From contig BDGG01000002.1 of the NCBI GenBank assembly GCA_001949185.1, positions 5,012,448-5,076,447 of the forward strand: DNA of 64,000 nt, read 5' to 3'. Below, piece after piece: positions 35,521 to 47,012 of the stretch. The position numbers and the translations under genes are program-made. The stretch's first letter is position 1, and each line of letters opens with the position of its first letter. Source of the stretch: Ramazzottius varieornatus. Its lineage: Eukaryota > Animalia > Tardigrada. The notes beneath the pieces are model-generated. The model saw nothing but the letters and a program-made list of their open reading frames with translations. It was not told the DNA's origin and did not search any database.

Positions 35521-38500
35521 ATGGAAGCGGAAGCTGACCAGAGTGATGAGCAGGCCTGGCACGAATTAATGCTCTTGCGAGGCCGCTTCCGGTCGCGTGT
35601 ATCCTCCACACCGACTGACTTGGAAGGTTGCTCCATCGGTCCCTCCACGCAAGCTCTCTCTACGGCCTCTACGCACTCTCTGGACACGGAACAGGAGGAC
35701 AGCCAGGATACTCTGACAAACGGGGACAATGACAGCTGGGATTCCGGGTTGACGAGCTTTGATTGTGAATCGAGAAAGACGGCGCCACGAGATCGCCGCA
35801 GTGACAGCAACCCACGCAAAATCCTCATTGAGAATCTACTGCATGAAATCTATGGCAATGGTCAGTCTGACTCTTTCAACGAGGATTTCGAAGAAACTCA
35901 AAATTTGGTCCGACGAAGGCTGAGCTCCAATGCAAGCCAGATCTCGAAAGCCAGTCAAAGCTCCCAGTTCTTAGATTACACTATCTGGAGATTGGATGTC
36001 CATTCTGATATTAGCAAGACAAAGCAATCTTTGGGCTTTCAAGGGTCAATGCATGTGGACAAGGAAGTTCTGGAAATACTGAGTAGGTGGCCACTAACGC
36101 ATACTCCTACTTGAAAAATGTTATCCCCATAGGATCACTTCCTATACATTCTCGATTGCGATCGCTGTTTTCGTTGTGCCATTTCGAGACTCGAGAAGAG
36201 CCATCCTTTTTTCGATCATCTAGCAGTCTAAAAACGTGACAAAACTCATCAATAAATTTGATGATGGTATCATAAAATAATTTTTGAGACTTCAAGATAC
36301 TCGTTTTCTAAAAATGTGACCTGTTGCAGGTGTGAAGAAACTTCGAAAGCTGGTTGCGTCATATGAAAGGACTTGCATGGCCGTCAATCGATACATGGTT
36401 GCCAAATTGAAAAAGAAGGACAAACGACAAATTGTTCAAAGTAAGTTTCGAGCTGTCCCGACTATATTTGGAACGTCGGCAAATGATTTGAATACGACTG
36501 TTATGTCAAGTGGCGCGCACCTTCGTTGTTCCTGGCCGGAAGACTGCGTCACTTGGAAAAACGATCATGTTCAAGTCATTTCTGCTTCGTATGCAACTAC
36601 ATTTCTGAAAACGCCGATGGTGCTGGTTCTTGGCCGCTGAAATACGCGGGATCCTTCTGTAGTAGTGTGAAAATTATCAAGATTAGCTCGCCAAAGAATT
36701 TTCAGGGATAGGAATTCCTCCGTGTCCGTTAACCTATTTTTGTTTCAGGCAAACAATGCCTCATCATTTCTGCCGCCTTGCAATCGAAGAGTAAGTAAAC
36801 CGGATGTCTTAATGATTCGAAGCAGTGCTTGGAAGCCTATGTTGTTTTTATGTTTTTCGTGGAAAGACAGATTAAAAGCTGTGTGTCCCGAAACCATTAA
36901 TCTCATTTTAAGACGGAGATCTTGGTCTCTGTGTAAATGACGAGGCGAACCGTAGGGCGTGTCGGACATCAATCCCTCTATACTTCGAACGAGCTGGACT
37001 CTCCTCCTTCTTTCCAGATTTCTGGCGCTGACGTTTACGTATTGCATATTGATTTCCCATACTGCAGGACAGTTACCCATGTATAGATCCTTCTGAACAC
37101 TCTTCCATTTAGCTGAGTTACGAGGCGCCGGATGACAGAACACTTTCCATATCAAGAGTCCTTTGTGCAGGGTATTCCGAGCGTCCCAGCCCCAGCCTGA
37201 CTTTTTTCTGCCGACAAACTGCCGATAAGTTCAAAGCTAAACGTATCAATACTCAACTACCCATCGTCTACTCGCTTTGAGAGATGCAATTATAACGCAG
37301 GTTCCCTTAGGGATTCCGCGAGAGGCATCTTGAAACCATCAGCCGCCAAGAGCTCGAACCACTGGACAACCACGGCGTGTCACCTTTCTTCCTGTTTTCA
37401 ATAATGTCTTCGACTCATCTTAATCTATCGTTTTTTTTGTGACTATATATCACTCGTACTAGCTATGCAGAACATTATTCGCGATATCAATCAACGTCGC
37501 ATACGTACGTGGAGGAAAAATCTTTTGCCACTTCACTTTTTGCAAGTTTTATAGTTTCGTGGTTGCTCACTCGACTTGATGAAACCACTTTTCTTACAGA
37601 TGAGGAGAAGAAGATTCGCTTTTCCATTACTTCGCCTCCGGGAGACGGATATCGGGACTGGCTTGAAGGAATGCGAGCGGTACTGCGTTTACCTGGAGGA
37701 CTTCCGAGTGCATTTCGCAAAACGGTACGACTGCGGTCTTCAATCAACGGGTGGGTTCTTGATTTAGTACAGTGACTTGTCTGTTCGTTCTGGCAGATGT
37801 GGACCACCATCGCTAATCAGTACATATCCCAACTTCCGATCGAATGGGAGAAAGTCAAGCTGATGGTTCTACACGACCGTCTAAGTCAGGATGAATCCGA
37901 GATGGGAATCCAGATAGTCAAAGACCTCCATCGGACCGGCGTCTCCGATTACTGTGGCGTAAGTAAACCAACTTCCTTTGAAACCCACAGACTTTCTGGT
38001 TAACAACACAGTTTAATTACAGGACCACAACGATCGCGAACGTCATCTATTGAAGCGTGTTCTGCTGGCGTACGCTCGTTTCCGGCCAAGTGTCGGATAT
38101 TGTCAAGGGTTCAACATTATCGCCGCAGTGATCCTGGTACAAGTGCCTTCTTCAATCAACGGGGAGTTCTTGGATTAGTACAGTGCGTTGTCTGTTCCAG
38201 GATGTCGTCGATAAAAACGAGGAAGAGGCTTTGAAGGTCGGCGTTAATCGAATTATGCATAATTAGATTTCAACTTCAATTCAGCTCAGTTCTTCTTCAG
38301 ATAATGATCTACCTAATCGAGCATGTTTTACCGCCGAATTACTTTGCACATGATCTGGAAGCGTTGTCGGTGGATTTGGCGGTCTTTCAGGAGTTGACGC
38401 ACGAACAGATGCCGGAATTATCCAACCATCTGGATATGCTACGAACGCAATCCCTGGAAGAAAGAGGCAAGTTAATAAAATTGACACCGTGAATGCCATG

Positions 38501-39790
38501 CTAACGTTTCACTTTTGTTTACTTTACATCATCATTTGGTTCAATGTCGCTCTCCCCGTGGTAGATCGATCTAGGGTCATCCTACAGCAGCAGTGGGCGC
38601 ATCAATCGAGTCATGCATATTTTATGAGTCTTCTGAGCTCATGGCTTGGCATTATGGCTTCTAATACTCGTAGCGCAGTTTCACGCACACCAATAGCGCC
38701 ATTTACACGCCGCAAATTACCTATTATTGCCAATAATCTAAGCCGGCGACCCAACGAATTTGCCTATTTACAGGGGCCAATGGAGGAGACGAGCCACCGC
38801 TTACCAATCTATTCACCATTCAGTGGTTCTTGACGTTGTTCGCCACCTGTTTGCCGCAAGAAGCCACGCTACGTATTTGGGACATGCTTTTCCTGTGAGA
38901 ACCCAAAACGCAACCACATGTTACAGACATCTTCTAATGGTAAAGCTTTTGACAGGTATGGATCGACCATTTTGATGAAGACAGCCTTGGCCTTGTTGAA
39001 AAAGCTGGAAAAGTATGCTTTCCGCACAAATTTCTCCACATCGTCAAGTGTTTATAGGTCTGCATATTTCAGGTATTTCTTGCCGATGGAGTCAGCTTTT
39101 GACTTTTACTCTATCATGTCGGAGCTCCAGCTAAGGATGTTAGACTCCGCCCTCTTTGGTCCCGAAGAAGTTGCCCAGGCTGTCCTGAGCGTACCGGATT
39201 TCGATTTACGGATGCTGCGCCTAAAGCACACTTTTCAACCACCGCAAAACCTTCGATCCGCCACGAATGGCATGTGCTACAGCCGCGCCCTTCGAACCAC
39301 AAAGTCCCACGATGACAGAGCCGAGACCCACGGGCTCTTCTCGAACTTTATCGAGAAACGCCGAGCCTCCGTCTTGGTACATAAAGAGCGAATGGCACGA
39401 CGAAGCAGCCTAGCTGAAGCAGAGACCGACATAAACGGCTTACGGAAGAAGTTTGCGGACTACACGAAAGACCATCAAAATGCTCGGGCATCAGTCAATG
39501 ATACCGCGCAAATGATGGAACGGTTGGCGAGAAGACGCGGCTCTATCTTCACGACAGAAAGTACTGACACCAGTCCGGACAAAGAGTTGCCACAAGCAAA
39601 CCCGTTCCAGTTCCCACCCAAAGATCCAGAAGAACCTTCGAATCCTTCTGTCTTTCCCAGACTCAGAGCTGATTCGCCTCTCAGAGTCACTACAGAGAAA
39701 GATCCCAACTCTCCGGTACGCATCAGTTCTCCCGGAACAAACCGTCGTTTGTCGTTCCATCCATTGTACAATCGTATCACATCCTCGTGA
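35521..39790 (+). CDS. TBC1D30: TBC1 domain family member 30 (Rab GAP), multi-exon; may extend upstream to ~32374
   Basis: Segments WLEGMRAVLRLPGGLP, QIVKDLHRTG, LKRVLLAYARFRPSVGYCQGFN, LSVDLAVFQEL and EPPLTNLFTIQWFLTLFATCLP. Confidence 0.92.
37725..38200 (+). repeat. Pair of homologous whole introns (37725-37796 and 38137-38200)
   Basis: Manual alignment gives about 55 identical positions over the 64-nt intron, from GT to AG. The flanking exons are unrelated. Confidence 0.9.
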
Positions 39791-40162
39791 CTTGCAAAGC
39801 CAACGAAAAGGAGACACGTACTGCACTTATGCCGTGATACTTCCCATCCGGACTTAAGTGTTCTGCTTTTTACATTCTGCAGCCTTTATTTGCAAACTTC
39901 GGATATCGATAATCGACGTTCCCTTTTACTGGGGCCATTTCAAACTTTGGTTTGGTTCAAATGCCTTCTACTTTTATACGAGTCATAATAACATGTACCT
40001 TTTAATCAGACTTTCGGGCTACGCGATAAGCTCGTGCAAAGTTATGGTATCGCAGTTATGCCTTATCGCCAGACTCCACTGAAAGTTTCGAACGTCAGTC
40101 CGAAACCTATAAACTGCTAATATGTACATAATCTCTCTGCTGCATTTTTGAGGTTCAGCATC

Positions 40163-41698
40163 ATGGGTCAACGAACAATGAAAGCCATCAGGGTTAGCGA
40201 ACTCGGGGGACCACACGTGCTACGAGTGGAAGAGGTCCCCATTCCGAAGCCAGCGCAAAACCAGGTACTGTTCCAAGGCACAAGCTTCTGCACTGCAGCA
40301 CTTATCATTTTCAAACTCGTCCGAAAGTGAAGTTGCAGTGCTCTTTTCCAGGTTCTGATAGAGGTAAAATCCGCCGGTGTCAATCCTGTGGAAGCTCAGA
40401 TCTGCAATGGTGAGTTTGGTCTGTGCAATACGCCCTTTACTCCCGGTGGAGATACTGCGGGTATCGTTGCTGCCGTAGGCGAAGGAGTAACTCAGTTCAA
40501 GGTACGAAGCTACTTTTTTTTCCCAGACACACCTATCAGCAGTTCTCGGTCACAGGTTGGCGACCGTGTGTATTCTTGTTACGGTGACGCTCCACCCCAA
40601 CCAACCGGCGCATATGGACAATTCATGTTGGCAGAAACGCGCTTCGTCTTCCCTCTGGCAGATCGCCTAAGCTTCAGCCAGGGAGCCGCTTTGGGAGTTC
40701 CGTATTTCACAGGTGGGAATTTAAGGATCGCGGCGCAGACAGTTGCAAGTGTGACTTGAGTGAATAGAATATCAACGTGTCATTCTTTCTTCTTTGTCTA
40801 GCTCTCCGAGCCTTAAAATATAGGTGCGTGATGGTCCGGCACATCCCTTGCAAGTGCATCCTTTTGATACTTCGATACATGGTTTCTTCGTTCGATGGTT
40901 GATTCTTATCACAGGGCAAAGGCGAAGGCCGGAGAGAGTATTTTGATTCACGGAGCGTCCGGAGCAGTGGGAATTGCGGCAACACAAATCGCGACGGCGT
41001 TGGGAATGACCGTGACGGGCACCGCAGGCTCGGCAGAAGGCCTAGCCTTAATCAAATTGAACGGCGCCACTATCGTGTCAAACCATAAAGACAAGGACCA
41101 TGCCGAAAACCTTCACGTGAGCACACTCGTTGTTCTTCTGCCTCAGAGCATGTTCTTGCCAAATCCGAATGGCTGTCTCCTGAACAGAAGATGATTGGCA
41201 AGAAAGGATTTGATGTCATACTGGAGACGAACGCACACAAAAACCTCGCACTCGATACCGAGCTGATCGGGCAGTGGGGGCGCATCGTCGCCATCGGCGG
41301 TGACGGAGCCACATCGATCAACGCACGGACTCTTTTGAACACCGAAGCAACTTTAACCGGTATGTGAGTTACAATCGTCAACGAGCAGTCTGAGAGGGGA
41401 ATATTTCGGACTGTGCGAACTGTGTCGGCAGGTGTCCAACTGTGGAAAACGACCTCGGAAGAATGGCAGACCATGGCCGACATTTTGGCCGGCCTTATCG
41501 AAGCTGGTAAAATCGCTCCTGTTATCGACACAGAGTACAGCCTAGAGCAAGCATCTGAAGTAAGCTACTATTGTACATTAATTAATTTTGTACTTCGATA
41601 CTTCCGAGGGAAACAAGTCTATTCATCCGCAGGCTCATCGAGCTATTCTAGCACACTCCACAGGTGCGCAAGGAAAGATTATCCTCAAGCTATCCTAA
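40163..41698 (+). CDS. CRYZ: Quinone oxidoreductase/zeta-crystallin, multi-exon
   Basis: Segments MKAIRVSELGGPHVL, AGVNPVE, LSFSQGAALGVPYFT, GESILIHGASGAVGIAATQIA and AQGKIIL. Confidence 0.92.
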
Positions 41699-41874
41699 AA
41701 GTACTAGTATACAAACGCTATCACAGAGAGTTCTATTGGTCTTGTCTCACCCATGTGGGAACTAAACACACCCAGAGCAGGTGTAACAATACTGTAGTCG
41801 AAAATGCACTTTCAAAAGAGAAGAAAGGATCCACTGTCACTCGAGTCACGGATCTCCGATTTGCCCTCGACCTT

Positions 41875-44190
41875 CTATCCCGCTTCCATTTCTTCATCCG
41901 ACATGGCGCTACTGTAACTGATGGCTAACCGACTCTTCTGTGCGTAATTGAAGACCTCGCTGTCTTCATGCTTGAGTATGGCCTGAAGTGTATTCCACAT
42001 CTAACACACGATAAATACCATTGTACCGACGGCACAGCTTCCACTTTTACGCGTTGACCACGATACCGTTTACACATACCTCTTTTGCTTCCGTACCGCC
42101 TCCAATGAAGTATCTTTCTAACGCGTCATGTAATTGGACGTGGATGTACGGCACTTCGAGCTTGTCCCGAGGAACCTGGAGAACACGAGAGTAAACTCCT
42201 CAAATCCACGAGCCAAACTGATTAACCGACCGAGGTACTCTTTACGCGCACTTACCAGAGAAACCGCCCCTGAAGTCGCGATACTATTACCGCCAGTTGC
42301 CGCACAGGCCCAGTCGACCATGTACCGACACAGCAAATTCGTCTGACCTTTCTGCGCCAGAAGGTACCAAAGCATTTCCGAGAAGTTACGTGGATCGACG
42401 ATCTGCTGGTCGAGAAGGAGAAAGGGAACCATTCCAGCGTTGATGTAGCATTCAAAGATTGCTTTCAAGTCTTCCAGAGTTCCTTGCTCCAAGTACAGGT
42501 CCACCAGCGCTGACTCAATAAACCCCACACATCTATCAAAAGAAAAATTTTTCCCTTGACGGAAAAAAACGCTCAACGAATTCAGTCCTTACCTTTCGAC
42601 ATAAGCTTCGGGAGTTTCATGTCCTTTCTGGTACACCTTCTCCTCCTCTAGCAAATCCAGCCTGTCCAGGAAGAACCCGCTCTCGACTGCGAACTTTTCC
42701 CAGTGCTCTTTCACTAGCGTCGTTACCAAAATAACCCTGCAAAAAACCACCCATTAGTAGATTGTCAAAAACAGCAGCAACACATTTGCGTTACTGTTTA
42801 CCCGGCGAGACGAATTACTCACCATTTGGCGAATTCTGTGAAGACGGTAGTTGTAATACCGATTCCACAATACCGAACTAAAAGGAGGGCACTTCGAAAG
42901 AGCTTCAAGTCCATAGCTCTTCGGTAAAGCCCATGTGCCACGGAGGCATCCGTCCCAGGAAGCAGTTGCAGTCCTCTCTTCTTATCGGCAAGACATATCG
43001 CCTCAGAAACTTGAGCGATGATGATCTCACAGTCTAGATCGGTCAGGCGAATGTAAGGATCTCCAGCCGGAAACAGGGCTTCTTCTTCTCTTTTCCGGAG
43101 ATATACACCATCGTTTGTGAGGTCCTCCTGCAAAACCCGAAACACATAAGGGTTGTAAGTAACTAGAACTGAGAAACCCTAACACGCAGTCGACAAGATA
43201 TTTTAACGGGGATATTCTTACAGCCACTCCGTCGAAGAAAGGATTATCTCCGGTATGAGTCGAATTCAGCATGAACATTTTGCGCATGCTGGAAAGCTTC
43301 TCGCAGGTGGAACGGTACTTTGCAGCGGAGTGGAAAGCCTTATTGTCTTTGACTGCCATAGTTAGGACGAAGCTGACCACTATGAAAGAAATCAGGAAAT
43401 ACAATCTGCTGCAGCTTATTCAGAGTTGAGAAATGGGCCATCGGCAAATGAGCGGCATGATCGTTAATTCGATTGGCGCACAGTTCTATTGGAATTGGTT
43501 GGAAGTGTGCGCCACTTGGGAAACGATCTTGTGCAAATCGATTACCGACGTTCGAAATTGGTATTTATCGTACTGTCTTTCCAGCTGTATCCGTCTTGGG
43601 TGAGTTCCAGGAAGAGGCTGACCAAATGCCGGTCATCTTTCGGATGGAGTGAGAGGCATGTTTGGATCAAGACTGGAATGAAGTCTGGTCGCAGCAGCAT
43701 TATCGACCGCTGCACGGTATCCGCGTAGTCTGTGCTTTCACCGGCGAGCCATCCCGAGAGCAAGATCTGATCGGGCCGGAGGTTTCTTAGATAGATGTTT
43801 AAGTAATGAAGCCATTCCCTGATGGCTTTTAGCTTCATCCTGCAGATGCAAACCACTATAAAAGAGCTTCATTTGCATTCATGGAGGGTGCCGAACCTTT
43901 TATTCGATCGAAGTTTCACCCCTGTGCAGAGAGCCACATCAAATTTCTCAGCTTTCAGAGCCTGTCGGAAGATTTGATGGTGTCGTTGACTCTGTCAAAG
44001 TAAAACGATCTGACTTACTGTACTGTAGCCATCGGGGCTCGGACGCTTTGTCCCAGCTCGGTGGGCATACGAGTGGCTAGCAAACATTTTTACAGCGTAT
44101 CGTTGCTGCAATAAATGAGGCATTTACCTGCGCATCATCCCGGGGATCTGAACTCTGCACCCGCCGAAGGGTATCCGGCGTGGCCGCCAT
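41875..44190 (-). CDS. Helical protein resembling the C-terminal half of nucleoporin Nup160, multi-exon
   Basis: HQIFRQALKAEKFDVAL, IRLTDLDCEIIIAQ...LKLFRSALLLVRYCG...VFTEFAK and YINAGMVPFLLLDQ...SEMLWYLL occur in the order of the remembered Nup160 C-terminal blocks. Similarity is weak, and the start and some junctions are uncertain. Confidence 0.5.
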
Positions 44191-44398
44191 GGATTCAAAG
44201 TTGTGAGTCTACTGAGTGACAACAGTGTCGCTGTCGCAGAGTCAACCGATGAACGTCCCGCAAAGAATGGCTTCTCGATGCTGCACGGCAGCGTTGAACG
44301 CCAGACGGGAGGAACAGACACCCTCTTATAGGAGCTTTTGTCTCGGAAGTCGGAACCATCGATCAAACCGTCACTAACTCCGAAAATTGGAATAAAAG

Positions 44399-44952
44399 CA
44401 TAGACGAGCTGCTGAATATGGCCTTGCTGGAACGTAAGACACCTGATTAAGCGATTGATTGATTACGTTCGGCTAATAAGTAGGTAGGGCCGATACGATG
44501 GACGTCAAATGTATATGATATACAGTACGTCATGTGATATAATCCACAGCAAAACTCATAATGTGCTTTTCATTCAATCAAGGACTGCGAGCAACAAAAA
44601 AAAACCGTCTCGCCAAACTCAAGCAAACTAAACAGAAGAAAAAACGCTCGAACGATGAATAACTATAAGACGCAGTCGTGAATGGTTCTGGAGCAACTGC
44701 AAAAGAATGACTAGTATTCCGGACTAGTATTCCGGACTAATATCCCGGACCAGGCGGAAAAACGGCAGTAAAAACGTGTGCAACAGAGTTTGAACCACGT
44801 TCTCCACACTTGGAGTCTGCGCCACGTACGCAGTACTAATCGATATGATGGAGTCCGTGATGACTCAGCAAACAGCGTTTTCCGCTTTTAGAGTGTTGGC
44901 AAGCCATGTCAAAGTGGAGGGCCTGGAGGCCATATTCAGCAGCTCGTCTATG
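44399..44952. mobile_element. Non-autonomous DNA transposon, P-superfamily-like (554 bp)
   Basis: Perfect 26-bp TIR CATAGACGAGCTGCTGAATATGGCCT and exact 8-bp TSD AATAAAAG (44391-44398 and 44953-44960). It contains an internal 13-bp tandem repeat at 44709-44750. Confidence 0.88.
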
Positions 44953-45043
44953 AATAAAAGTTTTCGATAATATCAAGTAGATTTGCTGGAAATTTTCCAT
45001 TTTCTGATTAAATCCTTGATCGGCTCAGTTCGGCTACGTTGTC

Positions 45044-45223
45044 CAGAGCCTGGCCGAGCTAGGCCCAATCCAACGTTTTTCACGTCACCGACGACTCCTG
45101 CTGTTCGATTCGCCGATCGTAATGTTATATTGAAACGAGCAATCAAAACTGCCAATCAACCTTAGCTTTCTGTTAGAGTGACGTCGAAAAACGTTGGGTT
45201 GGGCCTAGCTCGGCCAGCTTCTG
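45044..45223. mobile_element. MITE (hAT/P-type, 180 bp)
   Basis: About 45-bp imperfect TIRs starting CAGAGCCTGGCCGAGCTAGGCCCAA, with 8-bp TSD acgttgtc/acgtcgtc (1 mismatch). Confidence 0.8.
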
Positions 45224-46540
45224 ACGTCGTCCAGCTCTTTACTGGCTGAATGATGCATCGCAGTGCAAGTTTTCGTCAACCAATCAGTCTTGTAGTTGTT
45301 CATCGTTCAAGTGAATGCAATCAAGTCAAACGGTGACGGAACCGCTGTTGTTAGGTGCGTGTCGTCATTTTCTGATGCTCACTTCACACGTGCGCTGGAC
45401 ACCTGCTCATTCGTCAAAGTCGCCAAACACTGGGAATTTCCAGCAAGTCTAATCTCAAGTGGAGTCGGTGCAGTGTTGTTCCGATTATTGTAATTCGTGA
45501 TTGAAAATAGCTAAATTTGACGGTTCTGGAATTCCGATATAACGATTCGAGTTCTAGGTTGGTCATTCGATATTTATCGGAATTGAATCGAAATTCCCAG
45601 AACGAAAAGATATTTTAATGTACATTTGAAATCCAAGATGTTGGGAATTCGAATAATAACGGACAATAAAGAAGCGCGCAAAATGCACGTGGATACATCA
45701 CTTTCTCGCCTTTTGAAGCACCGTTAGTGCTTGAGTGACTACGGCGCGCTGGTGCACGTTCGCAGCAAAATGCGAATGCGTGTAAAGTGCTTCGCGAAGC
45801 TGCAGTTTGTCCTTGTATGCCGTACACGTGACCAGAACCCGGCGGGCCTTGCTAGAGTTCTGTTTCTCCAGTGAGGTTCAAGTTTACCCATATGCAACGC
45901 ACCGTGGCTCCTTCATGGAGCACAACAGTCCGTTTTGACGACAGCCATCCGTACTGGATACCTTGGGAACAACGTATTCTCCTCGAAATACCAGAGGGTC
46001 AATCTAAACGCTTACCCATCCGACGCGTAGTACCGAACAGGAATGCTGATTTTATGAAAACTCAAATTACAAAACACCATCCCAATAATTCGAATAATTT
46101 CAATTGTTGTCGGAACTTGAATTTGAATTAATTGTGATTGATGATCCAGCCAGGACGAGGTACCTGTAATTCAGATTGCTGATACGCGAGGGATTCTGAT
46201 TAATTGTAATTGCAATTGAAACTGAATTCGCGGGGCAGCACCCTAACGGGTACTGTTGCCGCCAAGGGAGGCTGAAAGGCAAGAAAACGGGAACTGGGTG
46301 GTGGCAGCGCGTATCCCCATTTCCCCACCATTGAATCACTCCCTGTGACTCCGAATGCAACGCTATAGCCTTATCTCCTTCTTTTGTGACCTACTTTCGC
46401 TTCTCCTAAGTCACACTCCATTCAAAAGCTTATCTCCACTAATGTTGTACTTTGCCTTTCACTTGGCGAAGTTCAGCAGATGGGTTCAAACACAAACTTA
46501 CGAATAAAACCAGCTCCGCAACGACAACTCGTGCCCAAAA

Positions 46541-46579
46541 ATCCCATGTTAGACCACTTGAAGTGGTTTGACATGGGAT
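46541..46579. repeat. 39-bp palindrome/hairpin
   Basis: Sequence atcccatgttagaccactt-g-aagtggtttgacatgggat. Confidence 0.7.
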
Positions 46580-47012
46580 AACATGGGATATCAAGTCGCA
46601 TGCAAGGTTCATCAGTAACCTCTGCGAGCATTACGTAATAGCCGCACACTGTGTCGGCGGCAACAAAATGTCATATCGGAACAACACTGAGTCAGTGGAC
46701 AGTGGATATGGTTGTTAACGGATGGATCAGACAGTCATCCGGATGGGATCAGATGCCGATCCGGATGGGATCAGATGCCGATCCGGATGGATCCGGAAAG
46801 CAGTTAGATGGATAGAACTCCCATTCGAATCGGTTGCCGATGGATGGGTCTTCTATGCGGATAATCCGGATCTTATCCGGATAAAAACTCGAAGCTTGTC
46901 TTAGAGACTTACAGATGACACAACGAATTATAATTCGTAGGTTTTGACATACTGTGTTGCCGGACAGCATAGACGATACAATTTAATAATCCTCCGTCAA
47001 CATAGTCTGCAT

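Noticed and set aside
36745-37155. 136-aa minus-strand ORF as a nested gene
   Set aside because: It has no recognisable motif, overlaps a genuine TBC1D30 exon on the other strand, and shows no coherent splice structure.
44775-44845. tRNA gene or SINE (B-box-like GGTTCAAACTC on the minus strand)
   Set aside because: There is no A box or cloverleaf. At most it is a relic inside the P-like element.
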